A DNA stretch of 64,000 nt from a virus (Duplodnaviria > Caudoviricetes): positions 64,001 to 128,000 of the IMG/VR virus record IMGVR_UViG_3300001598_000033; one strand, 5' to 3'. The notes under the pieces are model-generated. The model made no database searches. It worked only from the letters and a program-made list of their open reading frames with translations, and had not been told where the DNA came from. Below, one piece after another: positions 51,384 through 61,419 of the stretch (its first letter is position 1; each line of letters starts with the position of its first letter). A program made the translations under genes and the position numbers.

Positions 51384-51391
51384 TATAACCT

Positions 51392-51646
51392 CTAAATTTC
51401 AAACCAAACTATAAGTTGCAATGTTTGGTTTTTCATACCTTTATATAATTTTGAATTTGCGGTATTCCACCATAGCATAATGCCATTAGATGTAAATCCA
51501 TCATAAGTTGGTGGATCATTACTTTCGATAATTTTAGTATAACTCTTTAGTGTTTCTGTTATTCCATGTGCTCTCCATAAAGCTTCAACAGCATGTTGTG
51601 CTGTCATACCACAAGGATAAGCTTGAAATCCGTCTAATGTTGCCAT
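51392..51646 (-). CDS. Hypothetical virion protein
   Basis: RBS; in late operon. Confidence 0.55.
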   Translation of the reverse strand: MATLDGFQAYPCGMTAQHAVEALWRAHGITETLKSYTKIIESNDPPTYDGFTSNGIMLWWNTANSKLYKGMKNQTLQLIVWFEI

Positions 51647-51694
51647 ATTAAATCCTTTAAATTTATAATAATATTATTTATATATTAAACAATA

Positions 51695-54103
51695 TTAATT
51701 CCTTTTAGCAGTAATTACGTTATTTATTCTTAACCAAGAAGCTCTGTCTATAGTTTCTGGATATCCACCTAGTTCTACAGTGAATAAAAATGTATTTTCA
51801 TTATTATTAGTAATAAAACTATGTGCTAATGCATCTTCGTAATTAGCAAAATCACAACCCTTCGCATCATCATTAAATACTAAGAAATATTCAGATCCTA
51901 CTACATCAATAAAAATACTATCCTTAATTCTTCTAGAATCGTCCGATACAAATTGTTCTGAGGTATCACAATCTATATGATTATATCCCTTATTAATAAA
52001 TACCCCTTGTGGTGTTAAAGCCTCATCCAATCCAGTTAAATTATATTCAAGGTAATTATCTAAATTTACATAATCAGAACCTATTAAGTTCATTTCTCTG
52101 AATTCATAGCTATGTAAATCACTTAAAATTGGTCCTGTTGTTGGGTACCTATACATTTGTTTAGTATCTGTGTTTTTAAATTCAACAGGGCTAATTATTG
52201 ACTGATTTAGGTTAGGTTTTTTAAATATAGGCATTTGTAGTTCTGTGTTATGATAATTTTCTACAAATAAGTTAGTCTTTATATATAAATTATTAATATA
52301 TAATATTAATATATCATTAATTTTTCTTTCAATTCTAAACTCACCATTATTAACATTAACAGTTGATTTATTACCATTGAAATCAATATTTAAAGTTTGT
52401 AAGTTTGATTTTCCTTTTATAATAAGTCTACCGGTTATGTCGTTATAAGTCCAACTGGTAATCCATGTACCTTTATTTTCTGTACTTAATAAATCTAATA
52501 TATTAGTTTGTAAATATACATCAGATTCTGTAGTTAAAGCTCTTACATTTATAATACCTGCATATCCAGAAAGGTTAAGACTAACATTATTCTCACCTTC
52601 ACAATATGTTTTTCTAAAACTATGTCCATAAGAATCGCTTATACTGATATAGGTTTCAAAATTATTCTTAAAAGACATATCAAATATAAATTGTTCATCC
52701 CAATTTCTTAAATCACTTTGGTCCATCTGAACAGCAATTACATTATTACAACCTTCATCATAACCTTGGGTATACACCATACTTTGTCCATAAAGTTTAA
52801 ACGCTTTATTGTGGTTTGGCTCTAAGTACTTATAAACTCCATGAGTTGGCTCAATGGCAGTTTCGGATTCCATATCATCTGTGTAAAGGAATTTGTAATC
52901 TAAAAGATCGTTTATTTCTTTTGTAGATCCACAATCCAACACCCAATAAGGATCCAATTTGTACATTTTAGATAAATCAGGCTCTACATCATAATAATCC
53001 AATTTACCAAAGTATACACTGTCATTATCGTAATATAATGAATAACCATTGCTAAATGTAACTAAAGAATTTTTACATTCCTGATTTTCACCATAGTAAA
53101 AATTGTATCTCTCAAACTCATATGGTACTAATAATATATCACAATCCTCCATATACATATCAATATACTCAGGATTAAATTCACTATCAAGTTGTTTAAT
53201 AACCATTTTTTCAATATCAGATACAGTAACACTTCTATTGTAATCATTTATAGAATTATTACCTTGCGCATCTAAATGTTTACTATAATATAAAGGACCT
53301 TCTTTCCATATTGTATTATATCTAGTTTCGTCTGATTTAACGGCTTCTCTTAAATTATCTAAAAATTCTGTAGGAGTTAAATTAGTAAAGAAAATACATT
53401 TACCTGCACGTCTTAATACAATTCTAGGTAACTTGTAAATAAATTCAATACCAAAATAATCTTCAAGAATAAAGCTTAACATAGTTGTATAAGCATAACA
53501 CCATCCAACAGGGTGCGCCAAATCATGCATAAACTCGGTAAAATAATACTTATGAAGCGATCCGCTATAGTTCATAATGAAGTTGCTAGGCACTTTAGAA
53601 TCCAGTGTTAAATCGCTTTTTAAGTACCCTGTTTCTATATACTTTGCAAATTGGTATATGTAATGGATAGCATTTTCAGTACCCATTGATTGTTGTACAA
53701 TTCTGAACGAACCTAAGAATTCAGATGTTAATATATTATGTTGTTCCTCAAATATTAAAGAAGTTTTATAATTACGCATCTGGGTAGCTTCTCTAATATT
53801 ATTGTTTAATTGGGCTTTAGTAATACAATCATATAATAATCCCAAATAAGTCATAAACAACCCTTTCTTCAGGTTGTCTTTTGATTCTTTAAGAAAAGCA
53901 CTGTCAGTTACTACTAATGTGTTACCTTTATCATCTTGAGTGTACCATGCTTCGTCATCCACAGAATACAACTTAGATATCCTTTGAGATATTGCTCCAT
54001 TACGGTTCAACATCTCAATGAATATAGCTAATGATTTTTGTACTAATGGTATATTTTTAATGTTATCGGGTACAATAGCATCAAAAATTACATTTAATTC
54101 CAT
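51695..54103 (-). CDS. Baseplate wedge protein (gp7-like)
   Basis: GT..AI.YI and LAHPVGW motifs; directly after gp6. Confidence 0.65.
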   Translation of the reverse strand: MELNVIFDAIVPDNIKNIPLVQKSLAIFIEMLNRNGAISQRISKLYSVDDEAWYTQDDKGNTLVVTDSAFLKESKDNLKKGLFMTYLGLLYDCITKAQLNNNIREATQMRNYKTSLIFEEQHNILTSEFLGSFRIVQQSMGTENAIHYIYQFAKYIETGYLKSDLTLDSKVPSNFIMNYSGSLHKYYFTEFMHDLAHPVGWCYAYTTMLSFILEDYFGIEFIYKLPRIVLRRAGKCIFFTNLTPTEFLDNLREAVKSDETRYNTIWKEGPLYYSKHLDAQGNNSINDYNRSVTVSDIEKMVIKQLDSEFNPEYIDMYMEDCDILLVPYEFERYNFYYGENQECKNSLVTFSNGYSLYYDNDSVYFGKLDYYDVEPDLSKMYKLDPYWVLDCGSTKEINDLLDYKFLYTDDMESETAIEPTHGVYKYLEPNHNKAFKLYGQSMVYTQGYDEGCNNVIAVQMDQSDLRNWDEQFIFDMSFKNNFETYISISDSYGHSFRKTYCEGENNVSLNLSGYAGIINVRALTTESDVYLQTNILDLLSTENKGTWITSWTYNDITGRLIIKGKSNLQTLNIDFNGNKSTVNVNNGEFRIERKINDILILYINNLYIKTNLFVENYHNTELQMPIFKKPNLNQSIISPVEFKNTDTKQMYRYPTTGPILSDLHSYEFREMNLIGSDYVNLDNYLEYNLTGLDEALTPQGVFINKGYNHIDCDTSEQFVSDDSRRIKDSIFIDVVGSEYFLVFNDDAKGCDFANYEDALAHSFITNNNENTFLFTVELGGYPETIDRASWLRINNVITAKRN

Positions 54104-54122
54104 TTTATCTCCTTATTAACTA

Positions 54123-57100
54123 TTAGTATAACTCAACAGCATTCTTAAACTTAACGTTATTTAAACGAGGAACTACGTTCTTTATTACTTTAAAGTTAGT
54201 GCTTGGATACTTAACATTTAAATATACATTTTGTCTAAATAAGTCAGTAGTTAATGGTGTATATAAGTAATCACTTTCCTTATAATTTCTTATAATTTCA
54301 CCTGTATAATAATCAGTATCTGAAACATCTTCTATGGTATCAACCAAATAACCTTCTGTTGTAATATAACGGTTATTTGAAGTTCCATTTACTGTTGTGT
54401 AATTTTCTGATCTTAATAAACTATTTATTTTAGCTACAACATTTGCAGGTATTTCTGTTTCTTCATTTATTTCCATAGCACTACCATCTTCTTCAGTAGT
54501 TGTTATATACTTTTTATCAGATGTATATAAGTATGCTCTAGGATTGCTATATGTTACATCAATATAATTTACATCATCATATATTGCAGTTTCATTTGCA
54601 TTAAATACATTATATAATTCTGTATTTTCATTTAATGTATTTGTTCTCATACCATTAGAGGCATCTTTAAATCCTTCATGGTCGCCATTTACAAATAAAT
54701 GTATTAATATATCTTTATTAAAAGTATTATTTAAATAATAATATCCACATGTTCTGGAGAATTCAATTTCCAAAATTTTACCTACTTGGTTGGTAATTAA
54801 ATTGCTTCTAATCCTTAATTTAGATCTATCTTCATAATTTGGTATGTACGCAGAACCATTAACTAATGCATCATTTGCAATAACTGTGTCATATTGCCCT
54901 GAAGCATTTACTACACATACCCTGCACTTAATACCATTATATGATTCATCTTTTGTATTATCAGGAGCTAACCTAAACCCTAATTGTATATCAACAAACC
55001 CGTTAGCATCAAAGAAATCCTTTAATTCTTGTGTTAACAAATAACGGCATTTCATTTTGATCTTTATAGGCGCTATAAACATCTTTGTGTTAATATCCGA
55101 ATAATCCTTTTCTGCGTCAGTGCTTTGTAATACTTTGTTTTTATTAGTATTTTCAATTATATTTGTCCAATCTGTATATAAATCACCAGTTACTAATGAA
55201 AATCTTAAAGCATCCTTATCACCGTACTTACCAACATATAATCCATCATATTCAGATGGAACTTCATTTCTTATCTTATCATATGTAAAATTAATAAAGT
55301 TTTCTGTATCGATACTTGGTAATCTTGAAGGGTCTAAGAATCCATCATCTGTAAAGTATTTTTCAAATGGTACGCCTAGTGGAATATAAACATCTTTATA
55401 TTCGGATTTCCAATTTTCAGTACTTAATGTCTTTTCATTTAATATTAACTGTGTTTCCAATGTACTTGTAAAACCACATAAATCTGAAATTAAATAATCT
55501 AATCTCTTAACTATATTGGTATGGAAATATTCCACATCAAAATTTTCTAAATGTAAAGAATCATCTCCGCAGAAACAAGCATTTAAAGCATCAAATAATT
55601 TTTTATGTACATTAGAAGTCTTATCTTTTATATTATATTTTAATATATTAAAATTATAATTAAAATTCATATAAATTGGGTGTCTATGATGGAAAGTTAA
55701 ACTCGGAACGCATTTATCAATTAAATCACCCCAAACACCACTATATTTTCTTACAATAGTACCATTTTCATCTTTTTCAGCTCTATATCCTTTTATTTCT
55801 GTATTTAAGATATAATTCTTTCTATAGTATTCATTTCTTAATTGAGTTTGGTAAGTACTATCACCTTCAGCATAATTGTATACTAATTGGTTATTAGTTC
55901 TTTGGTACTCTGTATTATTATTATCTGAAATGAATTGCCTTGTAGATGATTTTTCAGGCATAAAGCTAAACCAAATATGACCAGGCGCTTTAGGAAACTC
56001 ATCTTCACCACCCCACACAGAACTGTCATAAACATAAGGACTACGATTACAAGCATACTTATAATCCAACTTAGTGATTAAACGGTTAGCACTATTGTAT
56101 ACCTTTGGTGCGTTTTGTTGGATACTGTAACTTGATTCTTCATCAGCTCCTGTAAGTACTAAGTCACAACCAATAATTTGTGCATCTGCAAATATATTTT
56201 TAATATAGTCCGGTTGTGTATCCACACCACAAGGTAATTCAGGTAATTCTAACCCAGAAAATACATTTAATTCTATAGTTGTTGGATCTGATGCTGTTTC
56301 TTCTCTGTACTCAGCTTCTGTTTGTTTATGGTCATACATTTGGTCATAATTAGGTAAACTAAATATATACTTTTCAGAACTTGTATTTAACTCACCTTCA
56401 GAACCCTTAGTTTTTAGGATACTGATTTGCACAACAGATCCGAATGGAACACCCTCACCTAACCCCGCATATTTAAAGTATATTCTAGGTGTGCCCATTT
56501 CAATATCATCAATACGAATGAATTTATGATTAACTGCACCAGTATATGTAGAATCCTTTTCAAAGAAATAATCAGAAACTTTATTATATGGTATTTTTTC
56601 TTGATAATTGCCATAACTGTCGTAATAAGATACATATACATTAATACCATCATTCTCAACATTAGTATATGGAATATCAATATAATTTCTTACAGTTGTT
56701 TGCCCATTAACAGTAATTGAACCTATAGTAACTTCTAATGAACTAGGATCTATACTATAATCAATTATTTCACCTTCCTTTACAGGAATTTCAATATTCC
56801 TATTGCGTTCAAACATTGCATGAAGTTCTTTAAGATTATCAACATAAAATCCATCTTGAGTCTTAGCTGTTTTAATATACCCGTTATTTTCATTATACTC
56901 TAATTCTAATGTTCTTTTATCGTATTCTACATCACCAACTTTAAATTTACCTGTATCAATAACAATGCCATTTTCTTTAGAGTTATGTAAATCATTATTT
57001 TCTATAAAAACATAAGTATTATCGTTGGATGTAAATTTTGTATACTTAGGAATTGTAATTTTGCCATAACCAATCATATTATATCCTAACTTAATAGTTA

Positions 57101-57377
57101 GTTTATATTGATATGAGGTTGCATGTTGAGGTTCGTATCCTAATACTCTCGCATCCTGTAAGATATTATTACGTTTTGTGGCATAAGGTAGTAATGTTTC
57201 ATTTATATTCATCGCTGTATTAGTATTCATAGATGATACTAAATAAGACATTACAGCCGATAATTGTGATGTATTAGAACCATCAGATACATCGAATCCA
57301 GCATTTGAAAAAAGATTTCTGGATTCTTCGAACAAATCATCAAAACTAAATGGAACTGTTTGTGTAGTTTTAGACAT
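54123..57377 (-). CDS. gp6: Baseplate wedge protein
   Basis: FD..GSN, NE..L..A..R..I...A..LGY.P, G.DEES..SI...AP..Y...NRL.T..DY, VWGGE. Confidence 0.9.
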   Translation of the reverse strand: MSKTTQTVPFSFDDLFEESRNLFSNAGFDVSDGSNTSQLSAVMSYLVSSMNTNTAMNINETLLPYATKRNNILQDARVLGYEPQHATSYQYKLTIKLGYNMIGYGKITIPKYTKFTSNDNTYVFIENNDLHNSKENGIVIDTGKFKVGDVEYDKRTLELEYNENNGYIKTAKTQDGFYVDNLKELHAMFERNRNIEIPVKEGEIIDYSIDPSSLEVTIGSITVNGQTTVRNYIDIPYTNVENDGINVYVSYYDSYGNYQEKIPYNKVSDYFFEKDSTYTGAVNHKFIRIDDIEMGTPRIYFKYAGLGEGVPFGSVVQISILKTKGSEGELNTSSEKYIFSLPNYDQMYDHKQTEAEYREETASDPTTIELNVFSGLELPELPCGVDTQPDYIKNIFADAQIIGCDLVLTGADEESSYSIQQNAPKVYNSANRLITKLDYKYACNRSPYVYDSSVWGGEDEFPKAPGHIWFSFMPEKSSTRQFISDNNNTEYQRTNNQLVYNYAEGDSTYQTQLRNEYYRKNYILNTEIKGYRAEKDENGTIVRKYSGVWGDLIDKCVPSLTFHHRHPIYMNFNYNFNILKYNIKDKTSNVHKKLFDALNACFCGDDSLHLENFDVEYFHTNIVKRLDYLISDLCGFTSTLETQLILNEKTLSTENWKSEYKDVYIPLGVPFEKYFTDDGFLDPSRLPSIDTENFINFTYDKIRNEVPSEYDGLYVGKYGDKDALRFSLVTGDLYTDWTNIIENTNKNKVLQSTDAEKDYSDINTKMFIAPIKIKMKCRYLLTQELKDFFDANGFVDIQLGFRLAPDNTKDESYNGIKCRVCVVNASGQYDTVIANDALVNGSAYIPNYEDRSKLRIRSNLITNQVGKILEIEFSRTCGYYYLNNTFNKDILIHLFVNGDHEGFKDASNGMRTNTLNENTELYNVFNANETAIYDDVNYIDVTYSNPRAYLYTSDKKYITTTEEDGSAMEINEETEIPANVVAKINSLLRSENYTTVNGTSNNRYITTEGYLVDTIEDVSDTDYYTGEIIRNYKESDYLYTPLTTDLFRQNVYLNVKYPSTNFKVIKNVVPRLNNVKFKNAVELY

Positions 57378-57380
57378 TCT

Positions 57381-57746
57381 TTACTCCAATAATGTTATAG
57401 ATACAGAACCATTCATTCCGGTATCTTTAAAGCGATATTTTATATTTGCTACTAATTTATTTTCTTTATTTTCTATAATATCTACATCATTAAAATCTAT
57501 ACGTGTTTCCCAAGCTACTAATGCTTCTCTAACAATTCGTTTTAATAATGTATGTGTAATATCATCATTTGGCGAAAATGGTATTTGCATAATTCTAGAC
57601 CCAAATGTTGGTCTACCAGGCATTTTACCTTTATGAGTTAATAGTATATTAGTTATTGAATTTTTTATAGCACTTTCATCGAACACGGTGGTGTTGGGTT
57701 TCACAAAATCTTCATATAACTTATCAAAACTTGAAAATGTAGACAT
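57381..57746 (-). CDS. gp25: Baseplate wedge / sheath initiator
   Basis: AIKNSI.NIL.T..G..P..P.FGS, WE.RI. Confidence 0.9.
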   Translation of the reverse strand: MSTFSSFDKLYEDFVKPNTTVFDESAIKNSITNILLTHKGKMPGRPTFGSRIMQIPFSPNDDITHTLLKRIVREALVAWETRIDFNDVDIIENKENKLVANIKYRFKDTGMNGSVSITLLE

Positions 57747-57772
57747 TTTTATTCCTATAGGTTTTTATTTAA

Positions 57773-57784
57773 TATTTATAAATA
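57773..57784. promoter_or_regulatory. Overlapping divergent late promoters
   Basis: Palindrome TATTTATAAATA between gp25 and gp13. Confidence 0.7.
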
Positions 57785-57809
57785 ATATAAAAATATTTTA
57801 GGATATAAA

Positions 57810-58541
57810 ATGGTTAAAAAAGTTATTGATACTGAATTAAAGTTAATTGCATACATAAGATCCCAATTAGGTGCGCCAATAATTGATATTGAAGTGAGTG
57901 ATGAACAAATCTCTGAGATTATAAGTGATGTAGTACAGGAATTTACTGAAATAGCATATGGGTCATTAGAAGGAACTGTATGTGTAGATTTAAGGGGTAA
58001 AGGTGAATACCAAATGCCTAAGAATGTTACTAATATAATTAAAGTATCAAGAGGCAACGTATCCAACATATCGAATTTCAGTGCTAACTACGGTTCTAAT
58101 TATGTTCCAGACCTTTGGTCTCAGCAATTTTTCACAGCTTCGTTAGGTGGAGATATATTACCTAATGTAGCTCAGTTGAGTAACACTAGGGCAATGCTTG
58201 AAAAATACTTTGGAGATGATATTTACTTTAACTGGAATCCACATAAGAAGGTGTTACAGGTATTTGAACCATTTAAAGGTAGAGCTGTGATACATTTTGT
58301 TTATGAGTACTATCCTGATGAAGAGGATATGATTTATGATCAAATGTGGGTGAAGAAAATGTGTATAGCGCGTACAAAATTTCTTTGGGGTTCTATTGTA
58401 GGTAAGTATTCTGCTAATCTTGTTGGTGGGGCTACAATTAACTACTCAGATCTAAAGTCAGAAGCTCAAACTGAAATAGATAACCTTAAGGAAGAATTAA
58501 AGGATCGTTGGGAAGATCCATGCCCTGTATTAATTTCGTAA
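57810..58541 (+). CDS. gp13: Neck protein
   Basis: YI...LGAP.I.IEV..EQI, WVK....A..K..WG....KY...L.GG..IN. Confidence 0.9.
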   Translation: MVKKVIDTELKLIAYIRSQLGAPIIDIEVSDEQISEIISDVVQEFTEIAYGSLEGTVCVDLRGKGEYQMPKNVTNIIKVSRGNVSNISNFSANYGSNYVPDLWSQQFFTASLGGDILPNVAQLSNTRAMLEKYFGDDIYFNWNPHKKVLQVFEPFKGRAVIHFVYEYYPDEEDMIYDQMWVKKMCIARTKFLWGSIVGKYSANLVGGATINYSDLKSEAQTEIDNLKEELKDRWEDPCPVLIS

Positions 58542-58556
58542 TTTAGTGGGATTAAA

Positions 58557-59345
58557 ATGACTATATTATATAATTATAAACATTATTTCGTTTATTTAAT
58601 ATGGAATAAAATAAACAGAAAAATGTATATTGGATATAAATCAACAGATAAAGATCCGTATGATGTTATTGGTAAGTCATACTTTTCAAGTTCATCCAAT
58701 AAAGAATTTATGAAAGATCAAAAAAATAACCCAAATAATTATAGATATAAAGTTTTAGCTGATTTCAAAACATCGGAAGAAGCTTTAGAACTTGAAATAA
58801 GTTTACATGAAAAGTACAACGTTGATATTAATGATAGGTTTTATAATCTTTCTAAACAGAGGAAAAATGGTTTCACAACAACAAACTATAAAGGATTGTG
58901 TGGTCCAGAAAATGGAATGTTTGGAAGGAAACGAACAGAAGAGGAAAAGAAATTAATATCAGAAAAAACAAAAGAGGGTATGAGGAGAAACGGCATAACA
59001 AAAGAAAAAATGTGTGAAACATCTAAAGCTTTTTGGGAAACTCATGAGCATCTTAAAAGTATTTATGCTGAAAGAGCATCAAAACAATTTAAAGAGTTAT
59101 GGACTGATCAAGAATTTATTGATAAAATGAAAAACAGAACTGTGAAGCCATATGCCAGGACAAGTGAGCAAAAGGAATTTATCACCAATCTGAGAAAAGA
59201 AGAAGCAAAGAATGGAACAGGAGCTTATAAAAAATTAACTTGTCCCCATTGTGGAAAAATAACAAATACTGGAAATTACGCACAGTACCACGGTGACAAG
59301 TGTAAAAAAAGACATATATGTCCAGCACCTGTATTAATAGGTTAA
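58557..59345 (+). mobile_element. GIY-YIG (Seg-like) homing endonuclease, intact
   Basis: VYLI.N..N...YIG, YFSSS, E..LH, FYN, NGMFG, CPHC Zn motif. Confidence 0.88.
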
Positions 59346-59361
59346 TTAACGGATTAACACT

Positions 59362-59682
59362 ATGAAAAACATAACGAAGGAAAATATTGACTTTAGAGAG
59401 CGACAAATTCGTTTGAATAATGAAAACGAAAAAGAAGACTCTATGCGCTACATGACATGGTTTGCATTAGTTGGTATGTTGATTTATCCTTCGTTATTGA
59501 TAGCATGTGATATATTTCATTTAAATGAGGCAATCACCCATTTAACTTCAATCGCTGAAATATATTTTATTTCTGTTAGTGGGTTAGTATCAGTATATTT
59601 TGGTTCTAATGCATATTCTAAAAAGAGATCTAACCAACATCAATCAAACTATAATTCATATAATTCAGATTCAGAAAATTAA
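59362..59682 (+). CDS. Two-TM membrane protein, possible holin
   Basis: Two hydrophobic helices, YFGS motif, polar tail. Confidence 0.5.
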   Translation: MKNITKENIDFRERQIRLNNENEKEDSMRYMTWFALVGMLIYPSLLIACDIFHLNEAITHLTSIAEIYFISVSGLVSVYFGSNAYSKKRSNQHQSNYNSYNSDSEN

Positions 59683-59799
59683 TTATATTAATATTATTAT
59701 ATAAAATACTATAAATAAAAATTGATTTTTAGATTGAAATATTATATAATTGATTCGTAATAATTTTTTTTTTGCTAGATCAAGAGATAGGAGAGAAAA

Positions 59800-59928
59800 A
59801 TGGCTTGTAATGGTAATTTCGTGGCTAAATATGACTGGCAGATTAACAAAGCAAAAACATTTATAGATCGTAAAAAGGCTTTTAAAAAGGGTTATAAGAA
59901 GCATAAAGGAAAAAATGATTTTTTATAA
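59800..59928 (+). CDS. 42-aa basic protein, not in ORF track
   Basis: AGGAG RBS; MACNGNFVAKYDWQINKAKTFIDRKKAFKKGYKKHKGKNDFL. Confidence 0.7.
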   Translation: MACNGNFVAKYDWQINKAKTFIDRKKAFKKGYKKHKGKNDFL

Positions 59929-59954
59929 AAAAAATAAAAAAAATAAAAAAAATT

Positions 59955-60024
59955 GAAAAAAAAGCTTGACTTTTGGATTACTTTATTATATAATATATTC
60001 ATAAGAGATAGGAAATAAGAGGTA
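59955..60024 (+). promoter_or_regulatory. Diverged copy of early promoter unit
   Basis: TTGACT(59966)-17-TATAAT(59989), AAGAGGTA. Confidence 0.75.
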
Positions 60025-60030
60025 AAGAAG

Positions 60031-60225
60031 ATGTTAGTAAAAGATTTAGTACAAAAAGTTATAGAAACATTAGGTGAAGATGATTTAAGAGTTATCTTTA
60101 AAATCAATGGAGATTCTTACCGCTTAATGGATATCGAAGATAACCCAGTAGTAGGATGGATTGAAGTGGAAAGTTACTCTGATAAAATAACTGAATCAGA
60201 CCGTGTTATATACATCAACTATTAA
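60031..60225 (+). CDS. Hypothetical early protein
   Basis: First ORF after the promoter. Confidence 0.6.
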   Translation: MLVKDLVQKVIETLGEDDLRVIFKINGDSYRLMDIEDNPVVGWIEVESYSDKITESDRVIYINY

Positions 60226-60237
60226 ATCTTAGAGGTA

Positions 60238-60477
60238 ATGAGAATGAAATTAAAAGATGCTGTAAAATTTATAAAACACAATGGTTGTTCTTGTAACGCA
60301 AGTGATATAGAACATTTTGCAAGAATTGTTTTACGAGATGGTTTGACTGATGAACTAACAAGAGAAATTCTTGAAATCTATGGTAATAACGAAGTTCTAG
60401 ATGTTAATGTAATTGTTGAACTTGAAGGTCACGAACTTATGAACTACATTATTTACGATTTTTACTTGGATATTTAA
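60238..60477 (+). CDS. Hypothetical protein, tandem paralog
   Basis: MKLKDAV.F..HN.C.C...D..HFA..VL.DG...FYLDI. Confidence 0.7.
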   Translation: MRMKLKDAVKFIKHNGCSCNASDIEHFARIVLRDGLTDELTREILEIYGNNEVLDVNVIVELEGHELMNYIIYDFYLDI

Positions 60478-60487
60478 GGAAAAGAAA

Positions 60488-60736
60488 ATGAAATTGAAGG
60501 ATGCTGTTAGATTCGTTTGTCATAATGATTGCCCGTGCTATGATTACGATACCCAACATTTTGCAAAAGTTGTTTTGCAAGATGGTTCAACAGAAGAAAT
60601 GTTCTTATATACAACAAAGGAAATACTTAATAAGTACGGCGATGCAAACGTTTTAAAGGTGAATGTAAGCGTTACCATTGAAGGTGATAATGAACTTAAC
60701 GATTATATAGTTTATGAATTTTATTTAGATATTTAA
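60488..60736 (+). CDS. Hypothetical protein, tandem paralog
   Basis: Same motifs as 60238-60477. Confidence 0.7.
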   Translation: MKLKDAVRFVCHNDCPCYDYDTQHFAKVVLQDGSTEEMFLYTTKEILNKYGDANVLKVNVSVTIEGDNELNDYIVYEFYLDI

Positions 60737-60775
60737 GGAATAAGGAAATAAGAAAAAAATTAAAAGCCTGGGGTA

Positions 60776-60979
60776 ATGGAAATGTTTAAAGAAGAATATT
60801 TTGGTAAAGATAAAGAAAACCGTAAAGCATATAGAGGTGCTAAATCCGTATCTAAATCTTGCAGGAGTCACGGAACTTGTGACTGGTGTAAAGCTAACAG
60901 ACTTTACTCTATTAATAAAAATATTGAAAAAACTGAAAGCGAAATGAAAATGACTAAAATGGGGTTAATGAATGAGTAA
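60776..60979 (+). CDS. Small basic Cys/His protein
   Basis: RK.YRG.K.V..SCR.HG.C.WC..NR. Confidence 0.65.
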   Translation: MEMFKEEYFGKDKENRKAYRGAKSVSKSCRSHGTCDWCKANRLYSINKNIEKTESEMKMTKMGLMNE

Positions 60980-61409
60980 AGACGAAAGATATATCAAAAT
61001 ATCCAAAGAAATTGCTTCTTGGAGTAAAGACCCTAGCACTAAAGTTGGCGCTATCATTGTAGGTGATAAAGGTCAAATTGTATCACAAGGATATAACGGT
61101 TTTCCAAGAGGATTTGAAGACACTATTGAACGTTATTCTAACAGGCCTATAAAATACAAATACATCATTCACGCTGAAGCTAATGCTATTTACAATGCTT
61201 TATATAATGGTGCAAATGTAGAAGGTTGTACTATATACGTTCACGGATTACCACCTTGTTTAGAATGTGCTAAAGCAATAGTTCAATCCGGAATTAAGAG
61301 AGTTGTTACTGATAGTAAGCCAGATGAAAGATGGTTAAAATCCAATCAAGATGCTATGGATATTTTTAATGAAGCAAAAGTTGAATTTGAGTATTTGGAT
61401 TGTGAATAA
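60972..61409 (+). CDS. cd: dCMP deaminase
   Basis: SKDPSTKVGA, GYNG, HAEANA, PCLEC. Confidence 0.93.
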   Translation: MSKDERYIKISKEIASWSKDPSTKVGAIIVGDKGQIVSQGYNGFPRGFEDTIERYSNRPIKYKYIIHAEANAIYNALYNGANVEGCTIYVHGLPPCLECAKAIVQSGIKRVVTDSKPDERWLKSNQDAMDIFNEAKVEFEYLDCE

Positions 61410-61419
61410 GGACATAAAA

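Noticed and set aside
58517-59345. Group I intron in gp13 carrying the endonuclease
   Set aside because: No non-coding room for a ribozyme core, no in-frame U|...G| junction, and gp13 already has a complete replacement end
1877-59904. Many antisense ORFs in the track (e.g. 1877, 4463, 9543, 10101, 17592, 23934, 28666, 43448, 57776)
   Set aside because: Shadow frames of well-supported genes, without RBSs or motifs
7845-60024. CRISPR array or IS ends
   Set aside because: Repeats are dispersed kilobases apart, match promoter/RBS or terminator structure, and no transposase is seen
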